This document shows positions 27,945 to 35,841 of a DNA stretch of 42,080 bases, piece after piece. Source of the DNA: Candidatus Heimdallarchaeota archaeon (GTDB lineage: Archaea > Asgardarchaeota > Heimdallarchaeia > Heimdallarchaeales > Heimdallarchaeaceae); the NCBI GenBank assembly GCA_021399345.1, contig JAAFKI010000150.1:1-42080 (forward strand), given 5' to 3'. Below the pieces are notes generated by a model. It was not told the DNA's origin. It saw only the letters and a program-made list of their open reading frames with translations, and ran no database searches. Position numbers and translations under genes: made by a program. The number at the start of each line of letters is the position of its first letter. The first letter of the stretch is position 1.

Positions 27945-28880
27945 CTATGTATCCTCACTGATTATCATAAAAGGATACTTCTCTTTAATTATAATATAAA
28001 CTATTGAAGGTGAAAAAACACCTGATTCTGTTATTATACCATCGATCAAATCGGAGGAAACAGTTTCGAACGCAGGGTTTAGAAAATTCAATCCTTCTGG
28101 AGGATTTTCCCAAATTTCTGTTCCTGCTCTCATTTCTATTTCCGATAGTTTGCCAATACTAGTTTCTGGATCATATTTTAAGAGATTAATCGCTGTATAA
28201 AATGGTATATCCATTTCTTTAGCAGCAAGAGCTAATAAACGTGTTCCAATTTTATTAATGACTGTACCTTGACTTGTAATTGCATCTGCTCCAGTAATTA
28301 TGATGTCAACATCATGCCTATTCAAAACCCATCTCATTGCACTATCAACAACTTGAGTAGTTGTAATTCCTGCTTCAACTAATTCTTTGGCGGTAATTCG
28401 TCCTTGATATAGAGGGCGAGTTTCAGTACAGAAAACTCGTATGTCTTTGCCTTGATTATGTGCTTCTAGAATGACTCCAGTAGATAAAGAAGAATGACAA
28501 TGGGTCATAATAGTGCTTCCTGGTTTAATTCTGTGAGCACCATAGGAAATAACCTTCCTTTTCGATTCTTTGAGTAGGTTAACATACTCTTGAGTAAACG
28601 AGTTAGCAATTTCTTTGGCTTCTTGAACAGAATTTGCTTTTTCATGCAGATTATAAACAACATATCTCAAACCGTTTCGAAGAGCGGGTTCAGTAGCTCT
28701 AGCTGTAGCTAAAATATATCTAGCTTTTTCCAATTCCTCAAAGAGATTATCTAATGAGGAAACTTCAAGACGAGTAGCTAATGAAGCAAAGGCTTTTACT
28801 CCCTCAATCGCGATATTTGTAGCTCCTTGAATTCGTAAGGTTCGTATATCCTCAACAATTTGTTGAAATGCTGAATCCAA
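27945..28880 (-). CDS. Ribose-1,5-bisphosphate isomerase (eIF2B-like)
   Basis: IQGATNIA, R.TEP.L.N, THCHSS, ETRP..QG, GADAI, NKIGT, NPAFE; adjacent to RuBisCO. Confidence 0.92.
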   Translation of the reverse strand: MDSAFQQIVEDIRTLRIQGATNIAIEGVKAFASLATRLEVSSLDNLFEELEKARYILATARATEPALRNGLRYVVYNLHEKANSVQEAKEIANSFTQEYVNLLKESKRKVISYGAHRIKPGSTIMTHCHSSLSTGVILEAHNQGKDIRVFCTETRPLYQGRITAKELVEAGITTTQVVDSAMRWVLNRHDVDIIITGADAITSQGTVINKIGTRLLALAAKEMDIPFYTAINLLKYDPETSIGKLSEIEMRAGTEIWENPPEGLNFLNPAFETVSSDLIDGIITESGVFSPSIVYIIIKEKYPFMIISEDT

Positions 28881-28974
28881 TGTAATTCACCTATTGGTAT
28901 TTTATATATCTTAAAGATAATAACATCAATGTAAAACCCGTTTATAAAGACTTGTGGTTAGAACAACTTTTAAA

Positions 28975-29490
28975 CTAGGTTTTGCGAAATAAGTTTCCTA
29001 GTTCATGAGCCCATTCCTTGACTTTTTCCAAATTTCTAGTGTCATAACCAAAACTTGGCATCTTTTTCGTTGTTTGCATATACCAAATATGAGGAATTTT
29101 TGCTCTTGGCACTCTTCCACCAAAGGCTTTCATTGAAACTGGTTTTACCTGTGGATACTTCTCTAAAACCTCTTCAAGGAAAACTCGATGTGCTTGATTG
29201 TGAAGTTTTTCTTCTCCAGCGAAACCTGCACAAACAAAAACAGCAACATTCTTGTTAGTAAAATCATTTCTCAGAAATTCTTCAGCACTTTTTCCCCACT
29301 TTCCATGGAAAATGCAACTTCCAATAATTATGTTTTCGTAATCAGAAGAATCAGGAGTAATTTTATTTTCTTCTAACTGATATAGATCAACTTGAAATCC
29401 GTAATCCTTCTCAAGAGTATCTGCAATTACAGAAGCAGCTTCTCTTGTTGCCCCATATAGCGTTTGATAAGAAACTAATACCTTACTCAT
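28975..29490 (-). CDS. Flavodoxin-domain protein (HemG-like)
   Basis: Y.TLYGAT..A, IIIGS.I..GKW, VAVFV, AFGG, DTRN...V.EWA. Confidence 0.87.
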   Translation of the reverse strand: MSKVLVSYQTLYGATREAASVIADTLEKDYGFQVDLYQLEENKITPDSSDYENIIIGSCIFHGKWGKSAEEFLRNDFTNKNVAVFVCAGFAGEEKLHNQAHRVFLEEVLEKYPQVKPVSMKAFGGRVPRAKIPHIWYMQTTKKMPSFGYDTRNLEKVKEWAHELGNLFRKT

Positions 29491-29550
29491 AGAACCACTT
29501 AATAGCTAATTTTACGAAAAAGAGTTTTAACCTTTAGTATTGAACAAAAA

Positions 29551-29608
29551 TGGTGGGGCACGGCGGATTCGAACCACCGACCATCTGGTATCCCACGAAA
29601 ATGGTTCT
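29551..29608 (-). repeat. Duplicated 3' half of the tRNA(CAU) gene (attR-like fragment), extending into the anticodon intron
   Basis: 29551-29596 matches 32705-32750 at 43/46 nt; GGTTCT matches again in register (29603-29608 vs 32757-32762). Confidence 0.93.
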
Positions 29609-29657
29609 TCTTCTCAAGGCATCTCCTCTGTAATTAATTTCAGGCATTTTATTCGCG

Positions 29658-29739
29658 TTTATATATCATTTTAATCATTTAATGTTAAATGAATCTGAAA
29701 CTTTTCATTTTTACAACTTAGAGGAAATCAAGTTTCTTC
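29658..29739 (+). promoter_or_regulatory. Putative promoter, operator and RBS hairpin of the island gene
   Basis: TTTATATA (29658-29665); palindrome TCATTTAA-TG-TTAAATGA (29675-29692); hairpin GAGGAAA-TCAAG-TTTCTTC (29721-29739) abutting the GTG. Confidence 0.5.
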
Positions 29740-32697
29740 GTGGTGATTGAAATTAATCTCAAGGCAAATACACAGAATCCTGTAGATAAACATACCAGAA
29801 TAAAAGAAATCGAAGAAATGAAAAGAGAAGTACAAGAAGTTCTCCAATTTATCAAAAAGACAAAAAGAACGATAGAAAAACTTCAAAAACATAATAAAGT
29901 CAGATTGTTTGAAGGGACAGAGGAGCACTCTGGTCTTGAAACTGTTAACTCAAATGAAATACAAATTATCAGTGTGGAATTTGATAATAACATCTCTTGG
30001 GGTACCCTAGAAAACTTAACAGAAAGTAAATACAACACTTTATCAGATAATGACAAATCCTTTGTAAAGCTTGTGAAATCATTATTCTTTCCTAAAGTGG
30101 TGTCGATTAAAGATCTTCTCAGTGATAAAAGTAGCTTAATGGGTTGGAAAGAACATATCAGAAACCTGAGATCAATAATTGAAACTAAAAAAGGGATTCC
30201 TTTTGGAGAGTATTTGTTCAAAGAAAATCTAAAATTCTCTAAGAAAATCTATGATTCTTATGCAAAAAATAGCCTTTTTGATAAGGATTTTGATGAAGAT
30301 TATAAAAGTAAAACTACACGAGGATTTTTCAAAAAACACGGTTCAGAGATAACTGAAAATATTAGGAAAAGGTATAATTTAACTTTTGAAGAGGCTAGAG
30401 TCTTTACTATTTATCTAGCATGTATGTCTGATTTTGATAAGGTGGTGTTAGGTTTTGATTATAAAACTATGCATGAATTCTTTCAAAATGTTTGGATAAA
30501 AATAAATCATGATCAAGATGAGTTTAGAGGAAAACAACAAATTACAAGTGATTATCAAAAAGTAATTGTTCATTCAGACTTTTCTAGGTTCAAATCCAGT
30601 GTATCTTTAGGTTTCGATTCTTATTTTACTTTACTTAACCACAATAAATTCGAATTATGGTTTTCTGAACAAAAGTGTGGTACAGGTTATTCAATATGTA
30701 AAACTTTCAGAAATATGGGTGGTCAGTTACATAAATCAGTATTTAGTCTAGCTCAAAAACGTACAGGCAATAAGTTTCAAGATCTTCTTCAGAGATTAGG
30801 TTTTACCATTCATCAAAGTATTGATTTTTCTAATTCTTTGTTTAAGCGCTATACCTATTATTATGATGCAAAGGGTAACAATTTCCTGCAAAAAATGAAA
30901 TCAACGAAATATAAGCATGACTTAATATTTGGTTTGGAAAGAAATGGGATTCCTAATGCAAAACATTTAGCACATAAATTAATCAAATCTGCAAAAGATA
31001 ACCATCGTTTGATAGCTTTGATGCAAAATGGTTACACACTAAATGACGACGCGAAAGTGGTCAATCATCTAGATATCACAAATAGAAAAAAGCAACCAAT
31101 TCGTATTATGGGTGAAATATTTTCTTTTAAACCTTTAAAAAATGAAAAAGATGACCATATTATCTCGATTGAAGGTTATTCAGAGAAATTAATTAAGAAG
31201 CTACAGAGAACTCATTCGGTTTTTGATTCGGAATTATACTATCAGTTAAATTCAATTTTCAAGTCTATCTCAATAAGTAGAAATTTTACAATTACAGAGC
31301 TATTATCAACTAACGACTATAGTGAAAATTTGCTTTCAGCTTACAATAAATTACTATTTGAAATTTTTCAATATTTTGTAAATAGTGATAATTTTATTTC
31401 ATTTGAGATACTCAAAGAAGGTAAAACGTTTGTTTGTAGTGAAATTGCTACAGAAGATATTGCAAATGTTAAACTGTGGTTTGAGAAAAACCAAAAGATG
31501 TACTCAGCAATTCCTTATACTATGAATTATATTTGGAAACTGCCTTTTTATGGCAAACTCAAGGAAATAAGTCGAAACAATCCTACAAAATTAAGTAAAT
31601 ACAAGGAACTAGCGTTCAAAAAACTGTTTTCTTATAATGATAAAGAAGTATTAGATTTCCTCAAAGAAATTACTTCTAAAGATTTTTCGGAAAAAGATTT
31701 CAAACAAAAATCAAAGGCAAATCCTGACTACTCTCTTATATTTAATATTCTGTATCTGCTAAAAGGGAATACTAGGTTAAAGCTTCGTAAGAACTTATTT
31801 GAACAGGGGGATACAATTCGGTCTTTGATATTTGTAGATGAGAAAGGTAATCCAATACGAGTATTTGAAAATGACAATGATCTCAAAGAAAGGGAAAATC
31901 CCATCTTGAATTTTAAGATGGATTTCAATGAAATTTTCAGTATAAACAGACTGTTGGATAGAAATATTCTTTCTACTTTCCCTATAGCAATAAAGTCAGG
32001 AAAATCAGTAACAAGAAATTCTGAATTAAAATTTAGATTCTGTAGAGTTGACGGAAAGAGAGCGGGAGAAAAAGGGAAAAAAGCAAGAGAGTTGTATATA
32101 GAAAGAGTACGAGAGAAGTTAGGACATATTGATGAAATAAATGACCTGATTGATATTCTTTATTCAAAACCAGCTATCTCATTCAATCTATTAAGAGGTG
32201 AAAACAGAGAAAGCATGATGAAGTTATTCATATATTTGTTCTTTGAATATTATGAAGTTTGGGAAGAATTTAGTATCTCTATAAGGAATTATTTGAAGAA
32301 AAATCTTAGATTTAAGGAAGTAAATATGGTTTCAAGCAAAAATTTTGTTAATTCAGGTTGGAATATAACATTGAAATCAGTAAAAGAAGATACAGATAAA
32401 AAGTGGGTACTTCATTATTTAGTAAGAAACAATAACTCTAAGGTTATTGAAAGAAAGATTAAGATTTTTCCAGCATTTGTTAATATTATAAATAAAAACA
32501 CCAACAAAGAACATCTTGCAGATATGAACGAAGTTACTCTATTTTGCAACTTCAATCCACTATTTGTAAGTGTTTTGTCCACTTTAGAGAACGAAATTAT
32601 GCCTTTAATTTCAGTGGCGGATAAGAAGGAAATAGATTCAAGAATAAATCCTGTTAGTAAAAATATAACAGAATGGATGGAAAAGGTTTTTGTTTAG
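29740..32697 (+). CDS. Large orphan protein (985 aa) with candidate PD-(D/E)xK nuclease motif
   Basis: Uninterrupted 2958-nt ORF filling the island, K/F/N/I-rich; GFD(293)...E310-Q-K312...Q329. The ORF is solid, the function speculative. Confidence 0.8.
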   Translation: MVIEINLKANTQNPVDKHTRIKEIEEMKREVQEVLQFIKKTKRTIEKLQKHNKVRLFEGTEEHSGLETVNSNEIQIISVEFDNNISWGTLENLTESKYNTLSDNDKSFVKLVKSLFFPKVVSIKDLLSDKSSLMGWKEHIRNLRSIIETKKGIPFGEYLFKENLKFSKKIYDSYAKNSLFDKDFDEDYKSKTTRGFFKKHGSEITENIRKRYNLTFEEARVFTIYLACMSDFDKVVLGFDYKTMHEFFQNVWIKINHDQDEFRGKQQITSDYQKVIVHSDFSRFKSSVSLGFDSYFTLLNHNKFELWFSEQKCGTGYSICKTFRNMGGQLHKSVFSLAQKRTGNKFQDLLQRLGFTIHQSIDFSNSLFKRYTYYYDAKGNNFLQKMKSTKYKHDLIFGLERNGIPNAKHLAHKLIKSAKDNHRLIALMQNGYTLNDDAKVVNHLDITNRKKQPIRIMGEIFSFKPLKNEKDDHIISIEGYSEKLIKKLQRTHSVFDSELYYQLNSIFKSISISRNFTITELLSTNDYSENLLSAYNKLLFEIFQYFVNSDNFISFEILKEGKTFVCSEIATEDIANVKLWFEKNQKMYSAIPYTMNYIWKLPFYGKLKEISRNNPTKLSKYKELAFKKLFSYNDKEVLDFLKEITSKDFSEKDFKQKSKANPDYSLIFNILYLLKGNTRLKLRKNLFEQGDTIRSLIFVDEKGNPIRVFENDNDLKERENPILNFKMDFNEIFSINRLLDRNILSTFPIAIKSGKSVTRNSELKFRFCRVDGKRAGEKGKKARELYIERVREKLGHIDEINDLIDILYSKPAISFNLLRGENRESMMKLFIYLFFEYYEVWEEFSISIRNYLKKNLRFKEVNMVSSKNFVNSGWNITLKSVKEDTDKKWVLHYLVRNNNSKVIERKIKIFPAFVNIINKNTNKEHLADMNEVTLFCNFNPLFVSVLSTLENEIMPLISVADKKEIDSRINPVSKNITEWMEKVFV

Positions 32698-32704
32698 AAA
32701 AATT

Positions 32705-32837
32705 TGGTGGGGCACGGCGGATTTGAACCACCGACCAACTGGTTTCCCACCAGAAAGGTTCTAAGCTATGAGCCAGTCGCCAGTTCGTCAAATGGCACAC
32801 AGCCATTTGACTTCTAACCGAGCTGAGCTAGTGCCCC
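32705..32837 (-). tRNA. tRNA(CAU), probably tRNA-Ile2 (alternatively elongator Met), with two introns
   Basis: Spliced product GGGGCAC-TA-GCTC-AGCTCGGTTA-GA^GC-G-ACTGG-CTCATA^A-CCAGT-TGGTC-GGTGG-TTCAAAT-CCGCC-GTGCCCC-A-CCA (78 nt); introns at 32781-32812 and 32744-32766. Confidence 0.92.
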
Positions 32838-32905
32838 TTTTCTACTTATATTCTCTCGTTCTCTTTTTTTTAAGTTTTCTCTTCTCTTCTAAAAGTTTTG
32901 TTACT

Positions 32906-33754
32906 TTAGAAATTATTTTTTGATTTCTTTTTTTTAAGCAAGAATGAAGCAATTGTGATTAAACCAAGAATTAGATAATAACCAATATAAGCAATCATTT
33001 CTAACCATGTTGGTTTATCTTGATAACCAAATAGAGCTCTAAGAAATTTTCCCAGTTCATTTGTCTTATCGTTGAGAATTCCACTCATATCCCAAACATG
33101 GTTTTGTAACCAATGCGTTTCAGATCCAAACCAACCAATTTCTTGAAATTCATGAATTCCTTGAGAAAACATACCTGCTGCAACAATAATTAAGACAATA
33201 CTTGTAATTAAAAAAAACGTCCGTAAGTTAATCTTTTTACCAGAATAGAAAATAAGAAAAGCAATTACTAAAGCAACAACTATTCCTAATATTCCTGACC
33301 AGAGAACAATCCAAGGATTATCTTCAGTAGCCCCAATACCAGCAAGAAAAAGAACCGTTTCTACCCCTTCTCTTAGAACAGAGATAAGTGCAAGTGTCAG
33401 TAAACCATATTTTTGCTGTTGTTTTATTGAAATGTCTACCTTTTCTTCAAGTTTCTTCTGAACATCTTTTCCTGTTTTTAGCATCCATATTATCATCCAT
33501 GTCAGCAACAATGAAGCTATTATCATTGCAAAACCTTCAAAGATTTCCTCATAACTTTCAAACCCACCTAAAGCAAATTGAAAGATAACAGCTGTAAGAA
33601 TTGAGAGGACAATACCTGCAATTGTACCTATCCACACTTGTTTCTTTAATTTCCTTTCACCTATTTTTGTAACATAAATAAGTAAAATACCCACTATTAA
33701 TGCGGCTTCTATGGCCTCTCTCAGTGTAATCAGAAAACTTGCTAAACTAAACAA
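32906..33754 (-). CDS. FTR1/EfeU family high-affinity iron permease
   Basis: Two RExxE motifs (REAIE, REGVE), ~7 TM helices, GIHEFQE. Confidence 0.94.
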   Translation of the reverse strand: MFSLASFLITLREAIEAALIVGILLIYVTKIGERKLKKQVWIGTIAGIVLSILTAVIFQFALGGFESYEEIFEGFAMIIASLLLTWMIIWMLKTGKDVQKKLEEKVDISIKQQQKYGLLTLALISVLREGVETVLFLAGIGATEDNPWIVLWSGILGIVVALVIAFLIFYSGKKINLRTFFLITSIVLIIVAAGMFSQGIHEFQEIGWFGSETHWLQNHVWDMSGILNDKTNELGKFLRALFGYQDKPTWLEMIAYIGYYLILGLITIASFLLKKKKSKNNF

Positions 33755-33769
33755 AAATTTCCCTCTAGT

Positions 33770-33792
33770 TCAATTTAACAAAGCTAAATTGA
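33770..33792. promoter_or_regulatory. Palindromic operator upstream of the iron permease (DtxR/MntR-like)
   Basis: TCAATTTA-ACAAAGC-TAAATTGA, 15 bp before the start codon. Confidence 0.6.
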
Positions 33793-33825
33793 GTTTATGA
33801 ATGTTACATTTTTACAAAACAATTT

Positions 33826-34119
33826 TCATTGATTGTTTCTTTCGCTTCTCGGTCCAGAAATGATAGGCTTTGCATATTTTGTAACTGATTCAGACAAGGT
33901 ATTAATCTCTCCAGTAGAGAATCTATTTGTGCGGTTCCTAGTACAACTATTACATAATCCAGCAGGTAAAACAATTTTTGAAACTAAGTCTTTTTTTTCT
34001 CGACTTCTGCATCGTCCACACAGAGGTTTTCCACATTCATCACATGCAAACTTCGCAGTCGCTCCACAATTTAAACAAAGTAAAACTATCTCTTCGTTCT
34101 TCTCTCCTATTATTATCAC
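33826..34119 (-). CDS. Small Cys-rich zinc-finger protein
   Basis: Four CxxC pairs: CLNC, CDEC, CGRC, CNSC. Confidence 0.72.
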   Translation of the reverse strand: MIIIGEKNEEIVLLCLNCGATAKFACDECGKPLCGRCRSREKKDLVSKIVLPAGLCNSCTRNRTNRFSTGEINTLSESVTKYAKPIISGPRSERNNQ

Positions 34120-34175
34120 AATACTCTTAAGATTCCCAAGTATTAAACCCCAACACTTTTGCAGAGACTTAAATC

Positions 34176-35039
34176 CTAGTTTTCTAGTAAGAAATCTGCT
34201 TCTTCTGCGTTGAATGAACTTCTTACAAAAGGAGCTGAAGCTACGAATTGGAAACCTAGCTCATATGCTATTATCTCGTATTCCTTAAAGCGATCAGGAT
34301 GAACAAATTCTTCTATTTCTAAGTCTGAACTTGGGGGTTTAAGATATTGACCTATTGTTAAAATATCACAATCAACTTCTCGAAGGTCCTTTAATAATTT
34401 CACTACTTCTTCTTTTATTTCACCCAAACCTACCATCAGCCCAGATTTTGTGAGTATTTTCGGATTCATCTCCTTTACCAATTTAAGTAATTTAAGAGAC
34501 CTTTTGTAATCTGCTTGAGGAGTAACTTTTTTGAAGAGTCTAGGAACTACTTCCACATTGTGATTAATAATGTCTGGCTTTGAATCGACCACAATTTTAA
34601 TGTCTTGTTCTTTGCCTTTCAAATCTGGAATAAGTAGTTCAATTATAAGATTCTCGTCATAATTCCTTAATTTCTCTGTAATTTTAGCAAAATGAGCTGC
34701 CCCGCTATCAGGTAAATCGTCTCTTGTCACAGAAGTAATAACGACATGCTTTAGTCCCAATCTTTTTGTTGCTTCAAGTAAATGGTCTGGCTCATGTTCA
34801 TCTAAAGGTTTAGGTTTTCCAAAATCAATATCGCAGAATTTACAATCACGTGTACATATGTTCCCCATAACAAGAAAGGTTGCTGTTTTTTTCTCAAAAC
34901 ATTTACCGATGTTTGGACACATTGATTCTTCACATACAGTATGAAGTTCTAATTTTCTCAGTATTTGTTGAACTTCACGGATTTTTTCTCTATCCATACT
35001 TCCTATTCGTAACCATTCAGGTTTTCGAAGTCTAGTCAT
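34176..35039 (-). CDS. lipA: Lipoyl synthase
   Basis: KPEWL, CEESMCPNIGKC, CTRDCKFC, TSVTRDDL, NHNVE, GQYL.P, VRSSF. Confidence 0.97.
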   Translation of the reverse strand: MTRLRKPEWLRIGSMDREKIREVQQILRKLELHTVCEESMCPNIGKCFEKKTATFLVMGNICTRDCKFCDIDFGKPKPLDEHEPDHLLEATKRLGLKHVVITSVTRDDLPDSGAAHFAKITEKLRNYDENLIIELLIPDLKGKEQDIKIVVDSKPDIINHNVEVVPRLFKKVTPQADYKRSLKLLKLVKEMNPKILTKSGLMVGLGEIKEEVVKLLKDLREVDCDILTIGQYLKPPSSDLEIEEFVHPDRFKEYEIIAYELGFQFVASAPFVRSSFNAEEADFLLEN

Positions 35040-35736
35040 CTTTCTTAATCATCTCTTCTAATTGATTTTCTGTGATTTTTTCTAGTTTAAGGCTAAATAT
35101 CTTCTCAAATATTCTTTCAAATTTCTCATATATCTCCTTTATGTCCAATGACTTTCCAAGAACTTGTTTCATTGAAATTGGCTCATATTCAGTAATCCCA
35201 CAAGGAATAATTAAGCGAAAATGATTCATATTTGTATTAACGTTCAATGCCAAACCATGAGATGTAATCCTTTTTGACGCTCTTGCTCCTATTGCCGCCA
35301 ACTTCCATTTTCTTCCTTGATAATCTACCCAGACTCCAGGAAATCCCTTTTTTCTCCATCCTTCAATCTTGTATTCCTTTAGTAATTCAATCAAAGTTTC
35401 TTCCATACTCCAAACAAATTGATCTACACCCATATTCAACTTAATCAAGTTAAGATGAAAGTAACCTACAAGTTGTCCTGGTCCGTGATATGTTACTTCT
35501 CCCCCTCTCCTTACTTCTATAATGTCAATTTCTTCTTCTTCAAGAATTTCATTAGTTGCTAAAATGTCCTCTCTTGATCCCTTTTTTCCAATTGTAAAAA
35601 TAGGATTATGTTGTAGAACTAATAAAAAATTGGCAAACCCACTGTCGTTTTCCTTTATACTTCTAATCCTCTGTTGCAAATCGAGAGAATAACGATATTC
35701 TAGGAGATTGTATTCGACAAGATAGCATTTTCTCAT
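35032..35736 (-). CDS. lipB: Lipoyl(octanoyl) transferase
   Basis: H.PIFTIG, RGGEVTYHGPGQLVGY, GVWV, KLAAIG, HGLALNV, IIPCG. Confidence 0.96.
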   Translation of the reverse strand: MRKCYLVEYNLLEYRYSLDLQQRIRSIKENDSGFANFLLVLQHNPIFTIGKKGSREDILATNEILEEEEIDIIEVRRGGEVTYHGPGQLVGYFHLNLIKLNMGVDQFVWSMEETLIELLKEYKIEGWRKKGFPGVWVDYQGRKWKLAAIGARASKRITSHGLALNVNTNMNHFRLIIPCGITEYEPISMKQVLGKSLDIKEIYEKFERIFEKIFSLKLEKITENQLEEMIKKDD

Positions 35737-35841
35737 TGTTTTCTGTTTTTACATGTGTTTTTAGCAATTTTGGTTTGTCAGTTTCTTGTGTGTATCAGTA
35801 AAGTTGAAAAATGAGTACGTTATAGATAGTAATTGTTTATC

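Larger units (their letters stand above)
29551..32762. mobile_element. tRNA-integrated genomic island/islet (repeat spacing 3154 bp) with a single cargo gene
   Basis: Intact tRNA - cargo - duplicated tRNA 3' end in direct orientation; no canonical integrase recognised. Confidence 0.8.

Noticed and set aside
27945-28880. eIF2B subunit or methylthioribose-1-phosphate isomerase
   Set aside because: The THCHS catalytic Cys motif and adjacency to form III RuBisCO favour R15P isomerase.
29740-32697. Class 2 CRISPR effector, TnpB/Fanzor or reverse transcriptase
   Set aside because: The size fits, but I saw no CRISPR array, RuvC-I/II/III pattern, paired HEPN RxxxxH motifs or YxDD motif. A structure search is still warranted.
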